64,000 bases of DNA from a virus. Made by a program: the position numbers and the translations under genes. The notes beneath the pieces were generated by a model, which was not told where the DNA came from, ran no database searches, and worked only from the letters and a program-made list of their open reading frames with translations. Within the stretch, counting starts at the first letter, position 1. Every line of letters starts with the position of its first letter. Location of the stretch: IMG/VR virus record IMGVR_UViG_3300027668_000013, positions 1 to 64,000 of that record, one strand, 5' to 3'. This document shows, piece after piece, positions 6,940-15,428 of this stretch.

Positions 6940-9755
6940 TGGCAATACAAGAAATAGAAAAAAGTTCACCTGTTGGTACGGCTGGTATAGACAGGTCTAT
7001 AAATGAAGCTGCAATGGGGATGGTTATGGATATTGTTCAAGCACAACAATACCAAAAACCAATACCTTCTACTGTTAGAGAATTAACTGCAAATGCTGTA
7101 GATTCTCAAAGCGAGAAGGAGAAAGCTATAAAAATTCTAAATGGTGAATCTAAACCAGAAGAGTTCTTTATACAAAGAAAAGGTGCTTTATACGAAGACA
7201 GTAAATGGGATGCGTCATATTATGACTTAAAACATTTAGACCAGGATAATAATGGAATTGAATTACTTTATTTTGAAGGAGAAGGGACAGGTAGATGTGA
7301 TAAATTCATTGTTAAAGATTACGGTGTAGGTGTAGGTTTAAGAAGATTGAAGGGTATTTTAGAAGTAGGTTATTCTACAAAGCGTAATCGTAAGGATGCA
7401 TTAGGTGCATTCGGATTAGGTGCAAAAGTAGGTTTAGCTACAGGGGCTGATTATTACAAGATGACAACTGTACATAACGGTATAAAATATGTTTTAAAGA
7501 TTTTTAACAAAAAAGTTAACTCTTTGATTGCACCATTTAATTTACAAACTAAAGAAAAGAATATTGCCTATGAATTTAAAAACAATAACGGAGAAGTATC
7601 AGGAATTATTTATGGTGAAAAAACAGATGAGTTAAACTACACAGAAATAGAAATACCTTGCCTTAAACATTACAGATATGAATTTGAAACATCAGTAAAG
7701 ACACAATTATTGTTCTTTAGCAATGTTTCTTTTTATAGAGAATATGAAGGTATGGGAGAAGCATTTGAAATAGACTTTAAATCAGAAATTCTACACAACA
7801 GTGATAATCTAATTATTGCTAAAAATGTACCTTACTCAAAGCCATACGTAGTTATCGTAAATGGTGATAATGCAGTAGGTGTATGTTACGGACACATTGA
7901 TTTCAAAGAACTCGAACTCGAAGATTTATCAGGCCCAATCGGTATAAAATGCCAGATTAGACAGGTTTATGAAGATCCCGATACAGGTGAAGAAATTGTT
8001 GTAACTCCTGGTGTAGATGTAATTGCATCTCGTGAAGCTATTCGATGGACTCCTTCTACAAGAGATTTCTTGTTAAGTAAGTTCGAAACAGCTCAAGACG
8101 AAGCTACTATGATTGTTCAAGAACAATTGCAAGAAACAGATTTCTTGAAGTGGATTAAAGCCTGTAATGACATAACAAGTTTTAGTAGAAACGATACTCT
8201 TATTGGAAGATTGTCTAAAATTGTAGATTTAAAGAAAGTAAATCCAATTTTTAACAAGACAAAAATTAGATACCGACAACCAAAACTTATGTTCGAAGGT
8301 ATTGCCAGTGTTAGAAAGATTACTAAAGTTAAAAAACACAGTGGTCTTCATGATATTGAATATAACGAATCTGAATCTTGGTTAACTTTTGATCCTAAAG
8401 ATGCTTATTTCCTTATAAACGAACAAACCAAAGCTAAAAATGATCGTACTAAAAACTTTTTCATAGCAGGACAATCTAATTCTGATTCTTTCTTTAGAAT
8501 AGATATATTCAGTGATGAACAGTTTGAAACATGGTTAGAAAAAAAGCTTACATACTCTAATGTTTTAGGAGAAACTGCTTTTAATAAAATCAAAACAAAG
8601 AAAACTGATTTATTTAATAAAAAAGAATCAGTTTTCAATAAAGTAGAAGATGATGGTTTTAAGAAGAAAAAAGCAAAACTAAAGAAGAAACTAATCGCAA
8701 ACAGAAACAATGTAATCAATTTATTTAAAGAATCTGAAGACTATACTTCATATGAAGATGTAGTAGTTCCAGAAGACTTTAAAGTTAATCTAATTAAGAA
8801 AGAAGAAGAAATAAAGACAGAAACTCGAATTAAAGCACTAAGTAACAAAGAAAGACGTGATTTAGAAGACAGATTGGTTTTAAATACTTTTGTATGTAAA
8901 CATACAAACTACAGTGGTCAACATGAAGTATTATACAAGAAAAGTAAAGTAGAACCAAAAATAAGAGAGATAGAAGATTTTGAAGGAAAATTATACTATG
9001 GTTATCAAATAGATGATGAGAAGATGCAGTTTGCTGCAAATATTCTACATAAACAACTTAGACCACAAGGTTATAATTCCCTTTATGATACTAAAACTTT
9101 CTTTACTGATGAATTTAGACTATGTTCTATTTCTAAAAACAATAAACGTCATTTTAAAGAACATTCGCACATAGATGATTTATATGGAAAACAAGAATTA
9201 ATTAAAAAAGATGGTAAAACATTAGGATTAAAAATAGTTATGGACGACAGAATAGTAAAATGGAACACTGCAAGACTATTGAACGAAAGAATGGGAGACA
9301 TTTCTTTTTTCAGAAATTTCAAGTCAATTGATGAAGATAGAACAGCAGTTTATGATGAGATAATGTTGTATATTAAAGATAACTTTATGGAGAGTTCTGA
9401 GTTTAGAAACACCAGTTCTTACAAGAGTTTTTATAACGATTTTGTATCTTATTTAGATAATGTTGAGAAATTTCAAAACTTTGTAGAAGATGAAAACAAT
9501 AGTAATGAAGACATTTCTGAGAAAGCTAAAGAATTTGCTTTACCAAACGGTACAGTGGGTGGCGTATCTGTAGACAGTGAAATGTTGGAAAAACTAAACG
9601 AATTGCTTAATTATGCAAACCCAGTAAAAGCGTTATTTAATCGTATTGACGTTTTAAACTGTGAGAATCATCATTACGGAAAGCCTACTTTATCAGATGA
9701 TCTTTCAATGTTCTTGAAAGAAATTATTGATATGAGAGGGATTTCAAATAACTAA
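6939..9755 (+). CDS. rIIA: rIIA-like protein with N-terminal GHKL (Hsp90-type) ATPase
   Basis: VRELTANAVDS (N box), DYGVG (G1), YSTK, GAFGLGAK (G2), ASREAI; followed directly by an rIIB-like gene. Confidence 0.8.
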   Translation: MAIQEIEKSSPVGTAGIDRSINEAAMGMVMDIVQAQQYQKPIPSTVRELTANAVDSQSEKEKAIKILNGESKPEEFFIQRKGALYEDSKWDASYYDLKHLDQDNNGIELLYFEGEGTGRCDKFIVKDYGVGVGLRRLKGILEVGYSTKRNRKDALGAFGLGAKVGLATGADYYKMTTVHNGIKYVLKIFNKKVNSLIAPFNLQTKEKNIAYEFKNNNGEVSGIIYGEKTDELNYTEIEIPCLKHYRYEFETSVKTQLLFFSNVSFYREYEGMGEAFEIDFKSEILHNSDNLIIAKNVPYSKPYVVIVNGDNAVGVCYGHIDFKELELEDLSGPIGIKCQIRQVYEDPDTGEEIVVTPGVDVIASREAIRWTPSTRDFLLSKFETAQDEATMIVQEQLQETDFLKWIKACNDITSFSRNDTLIGRLSKIVDLKKVNPIFNKTKIRYRQPKLMFEGIASVRKITKVKKHSGLHDIEYNESESWLTFDPKDAYFLINEQTKAKNDRTKNFFIAGQSNSDSFFRIDIFSDEQFETWLEKKLTYSNVLGETAFNKIKTKKTDLFNKKESVFNKVEDDGFKKKKAKLKKKLIANRNNVINLFKESEDYTSYEDVVVPEDFKVNLIKKEEEIKTETRIKALSNKERRDLEDRLVLNTFVCKHTNYSGQHEVLYKKSKVEPKIREIEDFEGKLYYGYQIDDEKMQFAANILHKQLRPQGYNSLYDTKTFFTDEFRLCSISKNNKRHFKEHSHIDDLYGKQELIKKDGKTLGLKIVMDDRIVKWNTARLLNERMGDISFFRNFKSIDEDRTAVYDEIMLYIKDNFMESSEFRNTSSYKSFYNDFVSYLDNVEKFQNFVEDENNSNEDISEKAKEFALPNGTVGGVSVDSEMLEKLNELLNYANPVKALFNRIDVLNCENHHYGKPTLSDDLSMFLKEIIDMRGISNN

Positions 9756-9784
9756 AATTAATTATTAAATTTAAACTAAAAACT

Positions 9785-10942
9785 ATGATTGTAGTTAACA
9801 AAATGGATGATGTAATAAGCATATCCACAAACAACGAGGAGTACACAATTCCTCATTGCGAAATTAAATTCGCACAATTAATGAAGCTATCTGCTAAAGC
9901 TCAAGAAATTTCTTCTATGGAAGATTATGCAATCTTGATGGAAGATTTAGAAGGAATCCTTAAGCAAGGCGAAATGGAAAAAGCAGAGTCTTTTCACCCA
10001 GACGTGTACAGATGTCCTAAAACAAATGGATATTATCTAAAAATTAAGACAGGAGTTATTTCTTCTGTTGCAATGCCAAAACCTTTAGTTCGAAGATTAG
10101 AGGAGTCTATTGACAAAACAATTGATATTTCACCTTTGCTTAAATGTTGGATGAGATTTTTAAGAAACAAGAAAGCAAATCAATCTGATTTTGCAAACAG
10201 GTTCTTTAATTACATCGACATGAAGTATCAACACCCTAAGATTTACAACGAAAAGTTGGAAGCTGGTTATTCAGAAGAAGTTGCTGAGAAGATGGCTGAA
10301 GTTTTTCAGGTTAAGATTACTAACGAAGGCTTGATAAACTGTTATAAGGTATCTTCAGAAGTTGATTGGGCATATAAGTCAGACGAAGATGGTAACCCTA
10401 TTAAAAAGCCTTTGTATGAGAAAACTTTCGATCCTGTAACTGGTGAAGTGACTGGTGATTCAAGAGAAGGTCTTACTGCAGAAGCAAGAACATTCATTCC
10501 TGCAATAATGGCTATGGGTGGTGATGCTTTTTATTGTGAGGGCGACCTTGTAGATAAAGCAGGTCACATAATTAAAGTTGGTCATGTTCATAGACTTCCT
10601 TCGTGGGATAATGTGAATTGTGATGACAACAGAAGTTGTGTACCTGGATTACACGTAGGTGGATTGCATTATATCTCATATATCAGTGGTGAGATTCATA
10701 ACGTTTTTGTAGATCCTATGCACATTGGTGCCATACCAAATGACGATACAGGCGCAATGCGAGTATTACAGTATTTTGTTCATTCTTCAATGACAGCTGT
10801 AAATGGAGCTATTTATCATTCTTCTAAGTATGCAGAAAAGACTGAAGGAGATTGGAAAGAAATCAAATCTGAAATCCTCAAAAAGTTTGGGGAATTAGAA
10901 AAATCTAATTCTAAAGAAGAAGAAGAGGTAAATGCTTTATAA
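9785..10942 (+). CDS. rIIB: rIIB-like protein
   Basis: ITNEG...YKV and SCVPGLHVG..Y...VDP..I..IP motifs resemble the T4 rIIB C-terminal signature; adjacent to rIIA. Confidence 0.78.
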   Translation: MIVVNKMDDVISISTNNEEYTIPHCEIKFAQLMKLSAKAQEISSMEDYAILMEDLEGILKQGEMEKAESFHPDVYRCPKTNGYYLKIKTGVISSVAMPKPLVRRLEESIDKTIDISPLLKCWMRFLRNKKANQSDFANRFFNYIDMKYQHPKIYNEKLEAGYSEEVAEKMAEVFQVKITNEGLINCYKVSSEVDWAYKSDEDGNPIKKPLYEKTFDPVTGEVTGDSREGLTAEARTFIPAIMAMGGDAFYCEGDLVDKAGHIIKVGHVHRLPSWDNVNCDDNRSCVPGLHVGGLHYISYISGEIHNVFVDPMHIGAIPNDDTGAMRVLQYFVHSSMTAVNGAIYHSSKYAEKTEGDWKEIKSEILKKFGELEKSNSKEEEEVNAL

Positions 10943-10944
10943 AT

Positions 10945-10972
10945 GAGAGAGGGCCTTGAGCCCTCTTTTTTT
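10945..10972 (+). terminator. Rho-independent terminator
   Basis: AGAGGGC-CTTGA-GCCCTCT followed by a T-run. Confidence 0.88.
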
Positions 10973-10985
10973 AAATTAAATTCTT

Positions 10986-11651
10986 ATGCAAACAGTAACA
11001 ATACCCCAATATTTAAGAAGGGTAAAACTGTCTGAAGCACGTCGAGCGAAGTATTACGAATTAGGGAAAAAACCACCCAAAGCCAAGAAGTATCACGATA
11101 AAAATAAATATGAATATCGTGAAGTTAAAGGTTTTGGTAAAAGGCGTTTTTTAATTGATAAAGAAACAGGAGATAGGGTTGTAGCAAACCCACGTGCAGC
11201 AGGCACACCAAACTACATTATGATAAATGGTCAAAAGATTTATAACGGAGAAGTTTCCGGGCCATTTAGAAATAAATTAATGAAGGCTATTAAAAAGGAG
11301 ATGTCAAAATATACAGATACTCTTAAACCTATTAAAGAATTTCCAATAAGAATCAATCTTGAGATACACGATGTAATTCAAGAGGATGGGTTTTCTTATT
11401 GGGATGTAGATAATAGATCCTGGCCTTACATTAAAGCTTTCCAAGATTGTTTAACAGGAGATAGAGGTAATTGTAAGAAAATTATCGAGGACGATCACAT
11501 TATGTATGTGACACAAGCCCCAATACCTTTATTTATACCAGTTAGCGATTCTAAAGATAGAAAGCTTGTATTTACAATTACAAAAGAAAGCGACGATAGG
11601 ATACTAAAGCAAAAAGAATTTAAGGAACATTTAAAAAAATTAAAAAAATGA
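10986..11651 (+). CDS. rusA: RusA-like Holliday junction resolvase with basic N-terminal extension
   Basis: WDVDN....IKAFQDCL....IIEDD matches the RusA DxDN..K..D.L...DD catalytic pattern. Confidence 0.7.
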   Translation: MQTVTIPQYLRRVKLSEARRAKYYELGKKPPKAKKYHDKNKYEYREVKGFGKRRFLIDKETGDRVVANPRAAGTPNYIMINGQKIYNGEVSGPFRNKLMKAIKKEMSKYTDTLKPIKEFPIRINLEIHDVIQEDGFSYWDVDNRSWPYIKAFQDCLTGDRGNCKKIIEDDHIMYVTQAPIPLFIPVSDSKDRKLVFTITKESDDRILKQKEFKEHLKKLKK

Positions 11652-12262
11652 AGTTTGAAGATTATTTAGAAGGTATTAATAGAACCTGGAACAAGGACGA
11701 CAAGCAATCAGAAATTGATCATTGTCGTTTGGCTATAATGGAAGAGGTTGGAGAGATAATAGGTTGGTATAAGAAGATACATGGTTACAAGAGAGAGAAA
11801 ACAAATGAGTGGAGAACAGAATTAAAAGGTGAATTTGGAGATTTAATCTATTATGTGGTTAAATTACTTGAGATACTTGATGAAACTGAAATGATAGCTC
11901 ATGATTTTAAACAACTTTCGTATCAAGATATTATTGAAATAAATCATTTAACTTATATGTCAAGATGTGCTGTGCAAATTTCAGAATTTGTTGAAATGGA
12001 GAAAGATAAATTTGATCAAAGACCTCTAAATGCACTTATTCTAAACAGTCTTGATGGGTTATTTGACTTTACAAGAATGTTAATTGTATACGAAGGTCTT
12101 GATTTTGAAGATGTACTTCTTTCAAACTTATTAAAACTACAAACCAGACACGGTTCTGATTTCGATATTGATTCTACTGTAGAAAAAGGTAGAGATAGAG
12201 AAGCAGAGTCTGAGTCGCTTAATTTAATTACAAAATTCAAACATTTAAAACCAAGAAATTAA
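11648..12262 (+). CDS. mazG: MazG-like nucleoside triphosphate pyrophosphohydrolase
   Basis: EEVGE...KK and EFGDLIYY acidic motifs; C-terminal NLLKLQTRH. Confidence 0.82.
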   Translation: MKFEDYLEGINRTWNKDDKQSEIDHCRLAIMEEVGEIIGWYKKIHGYKREKTNEWRTELKGEFGDLIYYVVKLLEILDETEMIAHDFKQLSYQDIIEINHLTYMSRCAVQISEFVEMEKDKFDQRPLNALILNSLDGLFDFTRMLIVYEGLDFEDVLLSNLLKLQTRHGSDFDIDSTVEKGRDREAESESLNLITKFKHLKPRN

Positions 12263-13320
12263 TGGAAGAATTACATTATTATTCCATTCCTGCTGTATCT
12301 AACAGTGGGTTGAAGGAAATTAACCCTGATCAGGGAGGTTCGCCAGCAAAATTCAAGAAAGTTGTTCTTGATAGAGATGTTACATACGAACCAAATCCGT
12401 CTTTTGAAAACGGGAAGATAATCCACAAGTACGTAGAAGATCCAGCAAACTTTGTTATTTCAGACTTTACAAAGCCGACGGAAACTATGGCCCTATGGGT
12501 TGGGAGAGTCTTTAATGCATTACCAGGTGCTATTACTGTAGATAATTTTCTAAGTTCAGAAAAGATCATAAAGGAAATAGCTTTGGACGTAAGAGAAGGA
12601 GCTTACAAGTCTATGAAAGATGATACTGTAACTGCTAAATTCTGGAAAGAAGGTGCAGAGTACATTAATTATTTATTTATAGAAAGAAGTGATCAAATAA
12701 TTCTGAATCAGCAGCAATTAAACATGATGGGTTTTATTATTGAAAGTATCAATAACAATCCAAAAGCTTATGAGTTGCTTTTCAAAGAGCCAGACTTCAA
12801 AGACGATATAAAAGCTTACAACGAGGAAGCTATTTATTGGAAAAAAGAAGTTAATCCTGGAAGTACTTACAGTCTTGTGAGTATGAACATGAAATCTTTA
12901 GTTGACAGATTCAAATTACATTTTATTTCTAAAAAAACCATTGTTGTAGATTTAATTGACTTTAAAACTACATCTTCTACTGTTGCAAACTTTAAATACA
13001 GTTTTAAAAAGTATCGTTATTATCGACAACTTGCTTTATATAAAGAAGCAATTACAGAGTTTATTAAACAAACTTATATCTTAAAAGGAGATTATCCTGA
13101 AGATACAAGAATTGTTTTTAGTCACTATATAGTTGCTGTAGAAACAACAGGTCTTTATCAATGTAAAGTTTTTAGAATTGGAGAAAAATACATTGAGAAA
13201 GGTGAAAAAGAATACAATCGTTTGTTAAGCATGGTTGCTTATCACCAGGCTTCTGGACAATGGAGTAAAACACAAGAAGAGTTTATACATGGACACGAAG
13301 TCTTAGAACTCGAAGAGTAA
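12262..13320 (+). CDS. PD-(D/E)XK exonuclease (RecE/exonuclease VIII, DUF3799-like)
   Basis: SNSGLK, G..IH, EEAIYW, KSLVDR, IDFKTT, YYRQLALY. Confidence 0.85.
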   Translation: MEELHYYSIPAVSNSGLKEINPDQGGSPAKFKKVVLDRDVTYEPNPSFENGKIIHKYVEDPANFVISDFTKPTETMALWVGRVFNALPGAITVDNFLSSEKIIKEIALDVREGAYKSMKDDTVTAKFWKEGAEYINYLFIERSDQIILNQQQLNMMGFIIESINNNPKAYELLFKEPDFKDDIKAYNEEAIYWKKEVNPGSTYSLVSMNMKSLVDRFKLHFISKKTIVVDLIDFKTTSSTVANFKYSFKKYRYYRQLALYKEAITEFIKQTYILKGDYPEDTRIVFSHYIVAVETTGLYQCKVFRIGEKYIEKGEKEYNRLLSMVAYHQASGQWSKTQEEFIHGHEVLELEE

Positions 13321-13325
13321 CAATC

Positions 13326-13388
13326 AAACCAGCCACAGTTCGAAAAGTACAGTTTAGAAAATGTACCTATTAGACAGTGGCGGTTTTT
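13326..13388 (+). ncRNA. Putative small structured RNA / attenuator
   Basis: AAACC(A)GCCAC pairs with GTGGCGGTTT; inner GTT/GAC and GTACA/TGTAC stems; ends in T5. Confidence 0.45.
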
Positions 13389-13398
13389 AAACTTAATT

Positions 13399-13659
13399 AT
13401 GACAAAAATAATGAAAGAGCCAAAAATAATAAGAGAGTTCGATTTAAAGTACAGCTGGGGAAGCTGGGTGGCAGTAATAAGAAAGCATTTCAGAAGAGAC
13501 GAATATGTTTGGTCAGTATCTGATAAAAATGGAGATGAAACTTATGATTTATACAGTGACATTGACAGTGAGTTAAAATCTCCAGAAGATGCTGAAAAAG
13601 ATATGATAAAAACTGTTTATGATAAAATTGGCCACTGTCCAGATTCACAATTAAGTTGA
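13399..13659 (+). CDS. Hypothetical protein (86 aa)
   Basis: ORF with AT-rich leader in the + strand operon. Confidence 0.7.
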   Translation: MTKIMKEPKIIREFDLKYSWGSWVAVIRKHFRRDEYVWSVSDKNGDETYDLYSDIDSELKSPEDAEKDMIKTVYDKIGHCPDSQLS

Positions 13660-13687
13660 TAATTATTAACTATTTAAAAAAATATTC

Positions 13688-14053
13688 ATGATAAAAGGAT
13701 TTGAAAATGAAACAGAACCATTAAGCGCAGAAGAACTTATAGCATTACCAATACTTATAGAAGGTTTTAAGAAACTTAAAGGAAAAGAATGTGCTATGAC
13801 AGCAAAATATATAGCTGCACAAATGAAAAAGCATCATTTTATAACAATAGATGGTGCAAGAATTAGAAAAGTAGTTAATTATATTAGAACAAATAATAAA
13901 GTGCCATTTCTTATGGCTACAAGTAGAGGATATTATGTATCTGATTCAACAGATGAGATATTAGAATACGTAAAGTCTTTAAAAGACCGAGCTGATTCTA
14001 TTTATCATGTTGCTAAATGTTTAGAAGGTCAAATTAATAATTACGAAATATGA
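13688..14053 (+). CDS. Winged-helix DNA-binding protein (putative regulator)
   Basis: AMTAKYIA...IDGARIRKVVNYIR helix-turn-helix followed by the wing ATSRGYYV. Confidence 0.65.
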   Translation: MIKGFENETEPLSAEELIALPILIEGFKKLKGKECAMTAKYIAAQMKKHHFITIDGARIRKVVNYIRTNNKVPFLMATSRGYYVSDSTDEILEYVKSLKDRADSIYHVAKCLEGQINNYEI

Positions 14054-14187
14054 GTTTTATACTAAATGCTGTTTTAATTGTAATAGTTGGAACAGCAACA
14101 CTTACCCTTATACCTATTGTTATAATGTCAATTGTTTGGATTTTGTACACATTAATCTATATAATTAAAAAAATTTTTAAAAACTGA
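14050..14187 (+). CDS. Small membrane protein, 45 aa (absent from the ORF track)
   Basis: ATGA overlap with the upstream stop; MSFILNAVLIVIVGTATLTLIPIVIMSIVWILYTLIYIIKKIFKN* is hydrophobic with a basic tail. Confidence 0.7.
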   Translation: MSFILNAVLIVIVGTATLTLIPIVIMSIVWILYTLIYIIKKIFKN

Positions 14188-14364
14188 AATATAACTCTAT
14201 TAGATGCAATAATCTAAACAGTATCAAACAAAAGACAGACGAGAGAAACAAGTACCAATTTAATAAATCCTTTTTGGAATTTAGTACTTAAAGGTGGAAT
14301 AGCATATTGTAAACAAGAGAACTGCACTTACAGAGGAGAGTTTAGTCGAACGAGTTATATTTCA
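14185..14364 (+). ncRNA. Putative ~180-nt structured RNA closed by a perfect 13-bp inverted repeat
   Basis: TGAAATATAACTC (14185-14197) is the exact reverse complement of GAGTTATATTTCA (14352-14364); internal stems TTAGAT/ATCTAA, GACAGAC/GTTTAGTC, AAGTAC/GTACTT and AGGTG/CACTT. Confidence 0.6.
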
Positions 14365-14376
14365 AAAAAACATTTT

Positions 14377-15237
14377 ATGAAAATCCAAAAGATTGATCGA
14401 AAATCTATGGTAATAAGGGAGTCTGGAAGGAGTAGTGATTACATTACTCCTTCTTTTGGCTATGGGTGTTTGTTAAATTGTAGCTATTGCTATATGAAAC
14501 GACATCTTTCCAAAGGACTATCAATAGCAAGAAATGCTAATCAAATTTTAAGTGAAGTAAACAACCATTCGTATTTTGTTGCCGATGTAGAAAAGCCTAA
14601 TCAAACACATAAAGCACATATCACTTATGATATTGCATGTAACGAGGATTTTGCACTACATAGAAAACACCACGATTGGAAATTTATTTTTGATTTTTTT
14701 AGAAATCATCCAATTGCTATGGCTACATTTGCAACCAAGATAATACCTGTTGAATTTCTAAATTACGATCCTGATAAAAAAGTTAGGATTAGATTTAGTT
14801 TAATGCCACAAGTAATATCTAATGAATTGGAGCCAAACACACCTGCTATCATAGATAGGATAAAGGCTGTAGACGCTTTTATTGACGCTGGTTATGAAGT
14901 TCATCTTAATTTTAGCCCGGTCATTGTATATAAGAATTGGTTAGAAGATTACAAGTTTTTGTTTCAAATGTGCAATGATTACATTGATTACAAAGACGAA
15001 GTAAAATGCGAAGTAATCTTTCTTACACATAATGAAAGAAAGCATTATGTAAATTTAGAAAACAATGTAGGTGGTGAAACTTTATTATGGACACCTCAAA
15101 ACCAGGAGAAGAAAGTATCAAGTTATGGAGGTACGAATGTTAGATATAAACGTAATTTAAAAAACAATTATATAAAATTATTCGTAGACTTGCATGACAG
15201 AATTATTAACTGGAATAAAATCCGCTACATTTTTTAG
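14377..15237 (+). CDS. Spore photoproduct lyase-like radical SAM protein
   Basis: GCLLNCSYCY (CxxxCxxC plus Tyr); DIACNED aligns with the SPL EAACTSD Cys motif; FATK, RIRFSLMP, RIKAV....AGYEV...FSPVI. Confidence 0.85.
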   Translation: MKIQKIDRKSMVIRESGRSSDYITPSFGYGCLLNCSYCYMKRHLSKGLSIARNANQILSEVNNHSYFVADVEKPNQTHKAHITYDIACNEDFALHRKHHDWKFIFDFFRNHPIAMATFATKIIPVEFLNYDPDKKVRIRFSLMPQVISNELEPNTPAIIDRIKAVDAFIDAGYEVHLNFSPVIVYKNWLEDYKFLFQMCNDYIDYKDEVKCEVIFLTHNERKHYVNLENNVGGETLLWTPQNQEKKVSSYGGTNVRYKRNLKNNYIKLFVDLHDRIINWNKIRYIF

Positions 15238-15240
15238 AAC

Positions 15241-15360
15241 ATGAAGAAACCGAAACCAAACAAAGAAGAAAACATGGAATTGTACAAAAAGTACATGAAC
15301 TACAGAAAAACTCTTAAACACAAATTAAGTTTTCAAGAGTATCAAAAGAATCACATGTAA
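15241..15360 (+). CDS. Small basic protein, 39 aa (absent from the ORF track)
   Basis: MKKPKPNKEENMELYKKYMNYRKTLKHKLSFQEYQKNHM* fills the gap between the SPL-like stop and the terminator exactly. Confidence 0.65.
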   Translation: MKKPKPNKEENMELYKKYMNYRKTLKHKLSFQEYQKNHM

Positions 15361-15364
15361 AATC

Positions 15365-15399
15365 AAAAAAGGAAGGGCTAAGATCCTTCCTTTTTTTTT
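15365..15399. terminator. Bidirectional intrinsic terminator at the convergence of the two gene blocks
   Basis: A6-GGAAGG-loop-CCTTCC-T9 between convergent genes. Confidence 0.9.
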
Positions 15400-15428
15400 A
15401 CTAACACTAAACCAAACCTAAACTAATA

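Noticed and set aside
5094-12569. Minus-strand ORFs within the replication block (5094, 6272, 8405, 8830, 12016, 12330)
   Set aside because: Antisense shadows of well-supported genes, with Phe/Leu/Ser-rich composition typical of reverse-read Lys/Glu codons.
13336-13350. GTTCGAA resembling a tRNA T-loop
   Set aside because: No T-stem, anticodon arm or cloverleaf can be built; no tRNA was found in the window.
14185-14364. Assignment as a retron msr-msd, group I intron or known riboswitch
   Set aside because: No reverse transcriptase in the window, no interrupted gene or complete P7 core, and the SAM-I, cobalamin and glycine consensus motifs are not matched; kept only as an unassigned structured RNA.
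1-15360. DNA polymerase, terminase, portal or integrase genes
   Set aside because: No matching motifs in this window; they probably lie outside it, so lifestyle and polymerase type cannot be determined here.
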